Positions 17,421-26,651 of a stretch of 33,492 nucleotides of DNA are shown here, one piece after another. The position numbers and the translations under genes were made by a program. A model generated the notes under the pieces. That model made no database searches. It saw nothing but the letters and a program-made list of their open reading frames with translations, and was not told where the DNA came from. Position 1 is the first letter of the stretch. Every line of letters begins with the position of its first letter. The DNA is from an uncultured Muribaculaceae bacterium. Lineage in GTDB: Bacteria; Bacillota_I; Bacilli_A; RF39; UBA660. Location of the stretch: assembly GCA_964634785.1 (NCBI GenBank), contig CAZWKF010000002.1:1-33492 (forward strand), written 5' to 3'.

Positions 17421-18242
17421 TTATTCTCCATTATTTTTCGTATAAACTTCACTCTCTTTAACATAGCCTTCACTTACACGATATGGGGCTTTGGCATTAG
17501 GAATCACTTCTTCAATACGATAAAGAGTATCACAAACACTTTTTCTTTCTCTTATCGCGTCACTCTCTTCATAGATAGGCCCAGAGACATACACTTCATC
17601 TCCTACGCGATATTTTAAAGGTTCATCCTCCAAATGATTAAGATGGGCATCGCGGATAATGGTAGGATAGTCATAAAAAGCAATATCCCCATCGACTCTT
17701 CCACGAATACCTGCTAATTCTTCATAAGAAGTATGTTGCCACATTCCCGCTTTTCCTTGATAAGTAAAGCGATCATTCCATTCTGCTACCCATTTATCAA
17801 AGGCATCTAGTTCACGAGAATCTAAGTTACTTTTAAAACGATCTAAACTGGCATAGATTCCTACATAATAGCCATGACGTTCCATCTCCTCACAATAATA
17901 TTTGACAATCTCAACTAAATCCTCTTTCTTTAATGCCATTTGTCTTCGCGATTCGACATCTAAAAAGACCGGATACTCTAACTTTTTATCACGAATTAAT
18001 CTTAATGTATGATCCACTTCACTTCGCGCTTCATCTAAAGTCGTCGCATAGCTGAATAAATAGACGCCAAAAGGAATACCTAACTCTTTACACATTCTAG
18101 CATTTCTTTCAAAATAAACATCGTCTTGACTTCTCACATTATTTCCAAAACCACATCTTATAATAGCAAAATCAATATAAGGTTTTACTCTCTCCCAGTC
18201 AATTCTTCCTTGGTAAGAAGAGACATCAATTCCCTTTTTCAA
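17421..18242 (-). CDS. GH25 muramidase (endolysin-like) with a C-terminal SH3-like domain and no signal peptide
   Basis: GIDVSSYQGRIDWERV, FAIIRCGFG, GIPFGVYLFSYA and FLDVE. A TTG at 18242 sits 8 nt after GGGAGG and is preferred. The longest ORF starts at the GTG at 18251. Confidence 0.82.
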   Translation of the reverse strand: MKKGIDVSSYQGRIDWERVKPYIDFAIIRCGFGNNVRSQDDVYFERNARMCKELGIPFGVYLFSYATTLDEARSEVDHTLRLIRDKKLEYPVFLDVESRRQMALKKEDLVEIVKYYCEEMERHGYYVGIYASLDRFKSNLDSRELDAFDKWVAEWNDRFTYQGKAGMWQHTSYEELAGIRGRVDGDIAFYDYPTIIRDAHLNHLEDEPLKYRVGDEVYVSGPIYEESDAIRERKSVCDTLYRIEEVIPNAKAPYRVSEGYVKESEVYTKNNGE

Positions 18243-18311
18243 TATATTCACCTCCCTACATTAATAATGTATGAAGATGAGTATTAAGCGTCTTTACACT
18301 TACCCTAAGAA

Positions 18312-19139
18312 TCAGGTAAGTTTCACAAAATGGGGATGCCTAAGACTTCCATTCTCACTTCTTTCTAAATAAGTAATGAGGCATTTTAAAGATGCTTTTG
18401 GAGCCTCTTTTACTTTCCTTAAAATTTCTTGATTTTTTCCTAGTAGCACTTTTCCACAAGAAATGATTTTGCCACTTCTATTTTCTCCAAGTAAAAGACT
18501 CACTGTTTCATTTGCATTTTCTAAACAGTCGAGAATCAAAAATACACCTTCTTGCCTATTTTTAATTTTAATCCATTTATCTGTACGTACCCCTACTTCA
18601 TAAAGACTATTTTTTTCTTTCGCAACAATTCCCTCTAAGGATTGTTTTTTCACTTGTTTAAATAAAGCCTTTCCCTTCTTTTCGATATAGGGAACAATCA
18701 TGATGCTCTCATTTTCTCTCATCTTCTCTAAGATTCTCTTTCGCCTTATTAAAGGTAAATCCACTAAAGAATGCTTCTTATAGAGAATATCAAAAGCCAT
18801 AAATAAAACGGGATTTTCATCTCTTCCTCGATTTATCTTAGAAAGTGTTTTGCTATTGACACGTTCCATGACTTTCTTAAAGTTCGGTTTCCCATCCTGT
18901 AAAGCAATAATTTCCCCATCTAGGATGACTTCCTCTTTCACCAATTCTTTAATCCTTTTTAATTCTGGAAACTTACTTGTTAAATCAACACCTTTGCGAC
19001 TCTCAATACGGATAGTTGTTGGACTGACAAATAGAATGGCTCTTATGCCATCATATTTCACTTCAAAGAGATAATCTTTATGATCAAAAGGGGAAAAAGC
19101 TTCACTTAGTAACATAGGATGAAGAATAGAATTAAACAT
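18312..19139 (-). CDS. ligD: Minimal ATP-dependent DNA ligase (LigD ligase-domain-only type)
   Basis: Motif I EVKYDGIRA. Also LDGEIIAL, MAFDILY, EGIVAKEK and KWIKIK. The ATG directly abuts the ku stop (TAGATG). Confidence 0.85.
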   Translation of the reverse strand: MFNSILHPMLLSEAFSPFDHKDYLFEVKYDGIRAILFVSPTTIRIESRKGVDLTSKFPELKRIKELVKEEVILDGEIIALQDGKPNFKKVMERVNSKTLSKINRGRDENPVLFMAFDILYKKHSLVDLPLIRRKRILEKMRENESIMIVPYIEKKGKALFKQVKKQSLEGIVAKEKNSLYEVGVRTDKWIKIKNRQEGVFLILDCLENANETVSLLLGENRSGKIISCGKVLLGKNQEILRKVKEAPKASLKCLITYLERSENGSLRHPHFVKLT

Positions 19140-19886
19140 CTAATTTGCTTCCAAACTCTTTTGCAAGGAAGTAATCAAATCTTTACCTGTTGGACTCTTC
19201 GTACTCTTTTTTTTACGAATGGATTTTCCCTCTTGTTTTTTTTGAATGGCATCTTTTATTTGATTTTGATAATCATCTTGATATTCTGATGGTGTAAAGT
19301 GACTTTCTAATTGTTCGACTAACTTTAATGCAAGATCAAATTCTTGTTTACTAAAGCTAGCAGTCGATACCGTATCGGGAATTTCAATTTCCTCTTCAAA
19401 ATACATGGTGGACATAAGAATTGTTCCTTCATAAAAACGTAAAAGGCAATAATAAAATTTAGTTCCTAATGTGGTCTTAGCAACGGCCACTTTTCCACTC
19501 TTTTTTAAGACTTCTAAAAATAAGGAATAGGCTTTTTCTTTCTTTGGTGGCGTAAGAACATAACTTTTTTCATAGTAAAAGCTCGGAATTTCTTTTTCAG
19601 GAACAAAGGCAACGACTTCAATGGTACCCTTTAAATCAATACGCATATTGGCTAGTTCCTCTTTCGTAAACGTGATAAAGTTTCCATCTTCTACTTCATA
19701 TCCTTTGACTAAATCGATTTCTTTAACTTGTTTCTTACAATGGTTACAATATTTTTGATATTGAATACGATGCCCACATTTTTTATGGAGTTGATGAAAA
19801 GTCATATCATTGTTATGAATAATGGGAGTATATAAAACAGGAATATTGACTAAACCAAAAGAAATTGCACTTTTTATATTGGCCAT
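19140..19886 (-). CDS. ku: Ku DNA-end-binding protein
   Basis: N-terminal hallmark SAISFGLVNIPV. Cys/His cluster CGH...CNHC. K-rich C-terminal tail. An ATG at 19886 after AAGGTGA is preferred to the GTG at 19895. Confidence 0.9.
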   Translation of the reverse strand: MANIKSAISFGLVNIPVLYTPIIHNNDMTFHQLHKKCGHRIQYQKYCNHCKKQVKEIDLVKGYEVEDGNFITFTKEELANMRIDLKGTIEVVAFVPEKEIPSFYYEKSYVLTPPKKEKAYSLFLEVLKKSGKVAVAKTTLGTKFYYCLLRFYEGTILMSTMYFEEEIEIPDTVSTASFSKQEFDLALKLVEQLESHFTPSEYQDDYQNQIKDAIQKKQEGKSIRKKKSTKSPTGKDLITSLQKSLEAN

Positions 19887-19897
19887 ATTGATCACCT

Positions 19898-19968
19898 TTT
19901 TTTAGTTTATGTAAAAGAGATTATTCTATACAAAGTATAATAATTAAGCTTTTGCATAAACTAAAAAA
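19898..19968. promoter_or_regulatory. Long inverted repeat filling the ku-tspO divergent intergenic region
   Basis: ttttttagtttatgtaaaag (19898-19917) and cttttgcataaactaaaaaa (19949-19968) are reverse complements at 19 of 20 positions. The 31-nt spacer contains TATAAT. Confidence 0.6.
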
Positions 19969-19983
19969 GAAAGGAAGATTCCT

Positions 19984-20442
19984 ATGAAAAAATCATGGAA
20001 AAAATATGTCTATTTATTCACTCCTTTAGCAGTGGGTGGATTTGTATCTCTTCTTATTGCTAAACACATCGATTATACGAGCTTAGTAAAACCCCCATTT
20101 GCCCCTCCTAAGATGCTTTTCCCTATTGCATGGACACTTTTTTATCTTTTAATGGGAATCTCGTATAAACGCTTAAAATCACATGAAAAGCTAAATTTAA
20201 CTTTAGAATCTGTTGTCTATTATGGACAATTAATCATCAATGCTTTTTGGTCTATTATCTTCTTTACATTAAAATGGCGTTATTTAGCTTGCTTCTGGAT
20301 TGTCTTCTTAGATTGTCTTATTGCCTATATGCTATTACTCTTTTATAAGAAAGATGAAACTTGTGCATATTTAAATATTCCCTACTTCCTATGGAGTCTA
20401 TTCGCGACTTATCTAACCATTGGTATTTATATTTTAAATTAA
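19984..20442 (+). CDS. tspO: TspO/MBR-family tryptophan-rich sensory protein
   Basis: 152 aa with five TM helices. PPFAPPKMLFPIAWTLFYLLMG and NAFWSIIFF signatures. Confidence 0.9.
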   Translation: MKKSWKKYVYLFTPLAVGGFVSLLIAKHIDYTSLVKPPFAPPKMLFPIAWTLFYLLMGISYKRLKSHEKLNLTLESVVYYGQLIINAFWSIIFFTLKWRYLACFWIVFLDCLIAYMLLLFYKKDETCAYLNIPYFLWSLFATYLTIGIYILN

Positions 20443-20475
20443 AAAGAAGAGATCTAATCTTTCATCTCTTCTTTT
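20442..20475. terminator. Bidirectional Rho-independent terminator (tspO and the fibre operon)
   Basis: Perfect 12-bp stem, aaaagaagagat (20442-20453) / atctcttctttt (20464-20475), with a 10-nt loop and T-rich tracts on both strands. The right arm lies in the last codons of the 669-aa gene. Confidence 0.7.
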
Positions 20476-22454
20476 TGTATTTCTAATTTTGTCTCTTCCT
20501 CTTCTTGTTTAATAAGAGGTTGTTCTTCTTTTTTCTCTGGTGTTTGTTTTTCTCCCTCTTGTTCTTCTGTTTGTTCATCTGTTATCTCTTCAGGAGTATC
20601 AACGATTGGCTCTTGAGTACCAATTTCTGTATTTGGTATTTCACCATCAAATGGCTCTACCACAGGAACTTTTTCTTCTTCAAGTGGTTTTGTTTCATCA
20701 GGTTCTGCAGGTTCATCTACTACTGGTTCATCTACAACTGGAGTCTCAGGAGTTGGTGTAGTTTCTTGACTAGGATTCTCTACAGTATTCGTTACTTTTG
20801 TATGAGCAAGTGTAATCTCTACTTTTTGATTTGTTAAATCTCCCTTATCATTTGTAATCGTAACTGTTATAGCATCTTCAAAGTCCCCATTTGTAACTTT
20901 TCCAGTTCCTCCATTTGCAAGAATTGTATCTAAATCAGGAATAGTATGATATAAAGTATCATCAAGTGTAGCACTCCTTGCATTTTCTTCATCAATCTTT
21001 GCAATAAATTCTTTTATTGAAGTGATGTCGTAATAGGCACTACTGGTACGTGTTGTTAATACAATTGGTTCTGTATTTGAAAGCTTAACAGCCGATACAT
21101 AGATATTATTATTTGCGTTAAAGATATGAATTAAAACAGGTATGTTAGTTTCTGGTACTACATAAGAAATGTACTCACTAACTTCACCTTTTTTTATCTT
21201 TTGAGCAAGAGCATATAATGTAGAAACAATTTTAGTATCTTTAGAAATAGTATCTGGAATATAAGAATACTTCAAACATAGTACATCAATTATAGCATAA
21301 ATCATATCTGTATAATTTGTTTGTGAATTATATTCAATTGATTTTTCTTCTCCATTAAAGATATCTATAAATGTTAGTAAATTTTCTGATAACAAAATCT
21401 CATCATCAGTAGCACCACGAGTCACTCCTCTTATAGTTCCTGTCCCCTTAATAACTTGATAAATACCCCCATTATCATAAATATAAGTTCTAATCTTTAT
21501 AAATTCTTCACTAGCGGTTCCATCCTCATTATTTGGATAGAAGAACTTCAAATAGTCATCCAATACCTCATTTGCTCTCGATTCTGTAATATTGGCATTT
21601 GAGAAATATATCTTGTCTCTATTATTTCTAAATCTATAGGTTTTTACATATCCTATAAAGTCATCTGTTATATGGAAAACATAATATTTTTGTCCATCTA
21701 TAGTTGTATCTGACACGTCAATCCCACTTAGTGTAAGTGATGTAATAATATCAGTATTTGTACTTTGTAAATACTCAAGAATACTAGCTGACATATCCGA
21801 AATTCCATTTGCTTCTGGATATGTTACAGTAATCCAATCTTCTATTTCTTTTTTACGTGTTGCTGCATCAAGTTCAGGTATATCAGGTAAGTAATAATAT
21901 TCTGATTTATCACCATCAACATAACCGTGTGGTTTTCTTACAGTCGTAATACGATCCCCTTTAAAAAATAAGAATTTAAAGTCATCCATTGTTTCATAGA
22001 TTTTCGCATAAGTTGTAATTTTTGTTGTATTTGCATCAACAACTGTTCCATTTAAATCAGCTACTTGACAAGTATAGGTAACCCCTACTTGGTCAGCAGA
22101 CTTATCATGATATTCTAACGTTACTTTATTCTTATTAATAGTAGAAGTAGCCCTACTACTTATTCCATTTTTATCAATCAAACAACCACTTGGTACTTCT
22201 ACTTCATACTTATCATTATCAACATAAGTATTACGATCAAATGTTAATTTATATTGTATCTCTGTCCAACTTCCTCTTAAAAGAGTCATGTTAGCACTTC
22301 CTGATGGATTGACAAATGATATATCAGATTCTAAGGCAACATAATTATCCTTAACGTACTTGGAAGTCGTTTTAGAATAATTCGCAAATGTAGGAATACT
22401 AAAAACTAAAAGAGTTGTCATTAACACTTTATTGATAAGTTTTAAATTACTCAT
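20454..22454 (-). CDS. Large secreted protein of unknown function with an acidic/Pro-rich C-terminal tail
   Basis: Signal peptide ...LLVFSIPTFANYSK. ~560-aa globular region, then an E/P/T-rich tail. An ATG at 22454 sits 8 nt after AGGAAG. An alternative GTG lies at 22463. Confidence 0.6.
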   Translation of the reverse strand: MSNLKLINKVLMTTLLVFSIPTFANYSKTTSKYVKDNYVALESDISFVNPSGSANMTLLRGSWTEIQYKLTFDRNTYVDNDKYEVEVPSGCLIDKNGISSRATSTINKNKVTLEYHDKSADQVGVTYTCQVADLNGTVVDANTTKITTYAKIYETMDDFKFLFFKGDRITTVRKPHGYVDGDKSEYYYLPDIPELDAATRKKEIEDWITVTYPEANGISDMSASILEYLQSTNTDIITSLTLSGIDVSDTTIDGQKYYVFHITDDFIGYVKTYRFRNNRDKIYFSNANITESRANEVLDDYLKFFYPNNEDGTASEEFIKIRTYIYDNGGIYQVIKGTGTIRGVTRGATDDEILLSENLLTFIDIFNGEEKSIEYNSQTNYTDMIYAIIDVLCLKYSYIPDTISKDTKIVSTLYALAQKIKKGEVSEYISYVVPETNIPVLIHIFNANNNIYVSAVKLSNTEPIVLTTRTSSAYYDITSIKEFIAKIDEENARSATLDDTLYHTIPDLDTILANGGTGKVTNGDFEDAITVTITNDKGDLTNQKVEITLAHTKVTNTVENPSQETTPTPETPVVDEPVVDEPAEPDETKPLEEEKVPVVEPFDGEIPNTEIGTQEPIVDTPEEITDEQTEEQEGEKQTPEKKEEQPLIKQEEEETKLEIQKEEMKD

Positions 22455-22477
22455 AAACTTCACTTCCTTTCCTTTTA

Positions 22478-23128
22478 TTAATCTTTTTGAATAGCAGAGA
22501 ATCCAACTTGAATGGCTTTCGATATATTAGGATTTACTTGACTAAATACATAATCTCCATCACTATTGGTTTGTCCCCCACCAGTATATTGAATATCAAC
22601 TTCATACGTATATGTTATTGGTCTACTTGTATCACTTATTTTAACATCGTGATCTACTACAATACTGTTATATTTTGCTGTTGATTGATTATTTGTTCCC
22701 GTATTCTCATGATAACTTGTATCACTTGTTAAGACGCCATCTTTTGAATAAATTGTTCGACTTCCACTTCCTGCTGTCTCCACCACTCTTATAATTTCAA
22801 AGTTGCTATCCACACCTATTCTTGTAAAGAGATCAGCCGATACTTCTAACTCGGTTGTATCTAATGAAAACGTATAAGTAATCACTTCTCTTGGTCTTAA
22901 TCCATTATAATTTAAATTACATGTTTCATTATTTTCGTTACAGACCATACCATCTTTTAAAATTTTAACATTGAATTTGGCAGGACTTGCTTTTGTCGTT
23001 CCCTGTAGTTTTGACATATATCGTGAATAGGTTATTACTGTTGTAGCTAAGCCAATAACCGCGATATACATAAAAACCCATTTGATTAACTTTTGTCTAA
23101 ATAACTTACTATGTAATAACCCTTTCAT
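22478..23128 (-). CDS. Small secreted TasA/CalY-like protein (candidate minor fibre subunit)
   Basis: Hydrophobic N-terminus ending TTVITYSRYMSK, matching the motif in the 26720-27331 protein. Beta-rich. Ends ...VGFSAIQKD. Immediately downstream of a SipW-like gene. Confidence 0.5.
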   Translation of the reverse strand: MKGLLHSKLFRQKLIKWVFMYIAVIGLATTVITYSRYMSKLQGTTKASPAKFNVKILKDGMVCNENNETCNLNYNGLRPREVITYTFSLDTTELEVSADLFTRIGVDSNFEIIRVVETAGSGSRTIYSKDGVLTSDTSYHENTGTNNQSTAKYNSIVVDHDVKISDTSRPITYTYEVDIQYTGGGQTNSDGDYVFSQVNPNISKAIQVGFSAIQKD

Positions 23129-23137
23129 AATATTTTC

Positions 23138-23692
23138 CTACTTTCTTTTCTTTTTCTTATACTCTAAGAATTCTTTTTCTTCTTCACTTAAATCTTTTGG
23201 TACTAAGTCTTTATCTGTACTTCCTAAGAAGCAAATGACGATACCAATGATTAAGATAAGAATCATGACGATGGGATTTTGAATAGACTTTAGAAGAATT
23301 CCTAATCCCTTAAATCGTCTTACATATTTTCCAACAATGACTTTTGTTTCCATCTCTTCATCAGGAGAATTATTGGCATCTCCTTGTGTAATCATTTTAG
23401 AACCATTAATCTCGATAATACGGTGTGTGACAAAAGAACCATTGACGTCTCGAAATGTCACAATATCATTTTCTCTAAATCTTTTCTCATTCGTATCAAT
23501 GATGATGATATCCCCTATATCAAGTGTTGGTTCCATCGACCCTGAGATGACTTCCAACATGGCATAACCGCCAACCGTTGATAAGTCTTGTTTTAACACT
23601 TTAATACTTACAAACTGATAGACATTAAAAGCTACTAATAAAACTAAGAGTACATAGACAAATTTCACTAGTATTTTCTTTGCTAACTTCAT
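23138..23692 (-). CDS. sipW: ER/archaeal-type signal peptidase I (SipW-like), copy B
   Basis: VISGSMEPTL (Ser), VTHRII (His) and TQGDANNSPD. Extra C-terminal TM helix and a charged tail containing EFLEYK. Confidence 0.85.
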   Translation of the reverse strand: MKLAKKILVKFVYVLLVLLVAFNVYQFVSIKVLKQDLSTVGGYAMLEVISGSMEPTLDIGDIIIIDTNEKRFRENDIVTFRDVNGSFVTHRIIEINGSKMITQGDANNSPDEEMETKVIVGKYVRRFKGLGILLKSIQNPIVMILILIIGIVICFLGSTDKDLVPKDLSEEEKEFLEYKKKKRK

Positions 23693-23709
23693 AAGTACAC
23701 CCCTTTATT

Positions 23710-26616
23710 CTAATTTTTCATGCAGGCTTTGTTTTCCTTTGTATAAAGGATACTTACCCTTAAGAAATACTCATTATTATCCTCATCTACATTACTTCCA
23801 ATTAAGGTATCTACAGCGTCATTATCAAACCATTTCCACAAAACCGTAAGTTGAGTAGACTCCCCATTTTGTAGACGAATCTCATCACTACCTAATTCAA
23901 TAGTATTTTCTGTATAGAAACGCTTCAATTTTGAAGTGTAGTTAATTGGTGTAAACTTAGTATTCGCATCTTGATTTAAGATTGTATATCCAGAACGTGT
24001 TTGTAAGAAGAACTTATCATTAGCTTCTCTTGTCGTCTGTCTTATCATATAACCAAGATTAACACATTCTTTTTCGCGAAGACACATCGTATCTTCTTCT
24101 AACTTAATACCCGTAATGGTTAGAACTTGTCCCGTATCATTTGTAAAGTTCATCTCTTGAGCTCCACTTAATCCAGGATAGATAAGATTTGATATATTTT
24201 GTTCTGATTGAGATTTTGCATTTTTAAATAAATCTAAGTTATCAAATACAACAAGTCCCTCTTCTTTTACAATTTCTAACTGACTATCATCAACTGTCTC
24301 ATCAAAGATTGCATAGAGAGTTAAATTGCTATTTATCGTAATCTTATCATCTATTGCATAAGCTGTTCCCTTGCCATCTGCTTGTGTATTCCATGTTGCC
24401 TTATAATAGAGACATTGATCAGGTTTTGCTGGTTTATAAGCTTTATAAAGACTTAAGTCTAATTCATCTCCCGGTTTCATAACGAATTCTTTATTTGCTT
24501 GTAAAGAATTGATAAACCCGCCATTTACTTTGGCATTTAAGATAACATTATATTCTGCTTTAATCGTTGCTGTAAAGGAAACTTCTTTCACTGTATCTCC
24601 AAAAGCAGATCCTTTAATCTTAATATCAGCACTTCCTGTATTTTGTAAAGCATTTAACGTAAGTACATAAGATTCACTGCCATCACTATTGATCTTTTTA
24701 GATACAGCTACACTTACAACACTTGGATTTGAACTTGTAATAAGGATTTCCCCTTGTGTATCAACAACACCCGTATTCTTAGGTGTTAACTTGATTCCAC
24801 CAGGAATGTTTTCGGTATTAAAATCACTACCTAAGATATTTGTATTAAAGATGATATTTCTTGACTTATTATCATCTGTATAAGTAATATCATAATTCTT
24901 ACAAGCATCACTTTCACAAGTAGTAAGATAATAAGGTACAGTTTCTACAGTAACTTTTACTTCTGCCTTATGTCCATTATAATCAATGGTAATTGTATGC
25001 GTAGACCCAATATCATCTTTAGTAGGTGTTACTTTAATTAAATCTTGTTCTACTTTTACTTCACCCTTAAAAGTTCCCTTATCAGGTGTTACATTATAAT
25101 TTCCGCTTAATTCTTCCCACTTTCCAGAATCAATCGTTTTTTCATAAATCTTATAGCCAAGATCTTTTGTTCCATTTTCAACTTGAATCGTAATAGTTGA
25201 TTGGTTAAATTCGATTTTTCTTTCTGGTCTATAGATATTTACTGTAACATCTGCTTTTGTTCCATCTGCAGTTGTTACTGTTAAAGTGAATGTATTTTTT
25301 CCTTCATTTAATGTAAGATTATTTAATACTGGTGATGATGAAGTATTATCAGATGGAGTCGCTTTTAATTCACCAATAGAAGTTTTATCATAATCAACTT
25401 TTAATGTATAAGTTCCATCACTTTCTAATGTTAAATCTTGTCCATCAGCTGTTACTTTATCAATAGATAAGTCACTATTTAAATCTTTCTTAATGACAAC
25501 CGTATATGTCTTCTCTGATCCATCTTCAGCAATAACCTTAATTTGAGTTTCTGTTGTATTTGAAGTAAGGGTAATATTCTTTGTATATTCTATTGTAGCT
25601 TTGCTATCTTCTGGTGTAGCTGTAAGAGTAATTTCATTTACATTCTTACCTACTGTAATTTCATATCTCGTATCACTTACTTTTTTCACCGTTCCTGTTG
25701 ATGATGTAAGTGAACCAAGATTCTTATTACTTGATTTATCTGTTGGTTTATTTGGTTCTTCTGATTCACCTGGTTTATCAGAATTGCCTGGTTTATTGGA
25801 TTCATTTGGTTTATCTGAATTACTAGGTTTATTTGGCTTATTTGGTTTTTTCTTCTTTGTTTTCTTCGTTGTCTTTGTACTTTGATTTGTACTCTTCTCT
25901 TGAACATTCAATGTATATTCCGTTTGATAACTTCTTCCATTAGCACTAACTTCAAGAGTAATAGTAACTTTACCTGCTTTTTTAGCAGTAACGGTCAAAA
26001 TTCCATTTTTCGCCTCAGCTGTAGCGATGCTTTCATCACTTACAGTAACTTTAACTTCATCTTTAAGTCCTTTTAAATCATAAGGAATTCTTTTTGTTTT
26101 TCCATAACTTAAAATGATATTTCCATTTGTACTATCTAAAGTAATTCCATTCGTTCCTTCTTTTATCTTAAGTCTTGCTTCAGCTCTATAGAGAATATCA
26201 TTTTTCTCTGTTTCAGCAAATATCTTAACAGTACCCTCTTTTTTAGGATAGATAACAACATAATCTTTTTCAGCTACACAAGTAGCTATATTAGCGTCAC
26301 TCGTTGTACAATGAACATCATCACCCTTAATATTCTTAATTGTATAAGCTAACTTATATCCTGTATCATCTAATGTAATTTCGCTTGATTGCGATACAAA
26401 TACTAAATTTGTATTGGTACTAACATTTTTATCTTTTGAATCTTTATTAAAGATATAGTTAATTGATTCAAATAGATTTCCAATACGTCCCCAAAATGAG
26501 GAAGTACAACTCGTAATCAATAATAAAATAATAATGATAATAATGATAATACATATCGTGAGTTTTGTTTTCGTATGATTATTTTCTTCTTCATTCTTTT
26601 GAACATCTTTTTTCAT
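23710..26616 (-). CDS. Giant multi-domain surface protein (Big_2-like, cadherin-like beta-sandwich, Listeria-Bacteroides-type repeat, C-terminal TasA-like domain)
   Basis: N-terminal TM with a lipobox-like LITSC. Big_2-like ESIATAEAKNGILTVTAKKAGKVTITLEV. Cadherin-like LGSLTSSTGTV...YEITVGKNVNEITLTATPEDSKATIEY. ATWNTQADGKGTAY...LTLYAIF. AGGAGGTG RBS. Confidence 0.7.
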   Translation of the reverse strand: MKKDVQKNEEENNHTKTKLTICIIIIIIIILLLITSCTSSFWGRIGNLFESINYIFNKDSKDKNVSTNTNLVFVSQSSEITLDDTGYKLAYTIKNIKGDDVHCTTSDANIATCVAEKDYVVIYPKKEGTVKIFAETEKNDILYRAEARLKIKEGTNGITLDSTNGNIILSYGKTKRIPYDLKGLKDEVKVTVSDESIATAEAKNGILTVTAKKAGKVTITLEVSANGRSYQTEYTLNVQEKSTNQSTKTTKKTKKKKPNKPNKPSNSDKPNESNKPGNSDKPGESEEPNKPTDKSSNKNLGSLTSSTGTVKKVSDTRYEITVGKNVNEITLTATPEDSKATIEYTKNITLTSNTTETQIKVIAEDGSEKTYTVVIKKDLNSDLSIDKVTADGQDLTLESDGTYTLKVDYDKTSIGELKATPSDNTSSSPVLNNLTLNEGKNTFTLTVTTADGTKADVTVNIYRPERKIEFNQSTITIQVENGTKDLGYKIYEKTIDSGKWEELSGNYNVTPDKGTFKGEVKVEQDLIKVTPTKDDIGSTHTITIDYNGHKAEVKVTVETVPYYLTTCESDACKNYDITYTDDNKSRNIIFNTNILGSDFNTENIPGGIKLTPKNTGVVDTQGEILITSSNPSVVSVAVSKKINSDGSESYVLTLNALQNTGSADIKIKGSAFGDTVKEVSFTATIKAEYNVILNAKVNGGFINSLQANKEFVMKPGDELDLSLYKAYKPAKPDQCLYYKATWNTQADGKGTAYAIDDKITINSNLTLYAIFDETVDDSQLEIVKEEGLVVFDNLDLFKNAKSQSEQNISNLIYPGLSGAQEMNFTNDTGQVLTITGIKLEEDTMCLREKECVNLGYMIRQTTREANDKFFLQTRSGYTILNQDANTKFTPINYTSKLKRFYTENTIELGSDEIRLQNGESTQLTVLWKWFDNDAVDTLIGSNVDEDNNEYFLRVSILYTKENKACMKN
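25723..25896 (-). repeat. In-frame degenerate tandem repeat encoding a K/P/N/S linker
   Basis: Encodes KKKKPNKPNKPSNSDKPNESNKPGNSDKPGESEEPNKP. Iterated ggtttatt/ggtttatc units are visible in the DNA. Confidence 0.7.
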
Positions 26617-26651
26617 ACGATTTTACACCTCCTCTTAACAACTTTTAAATC

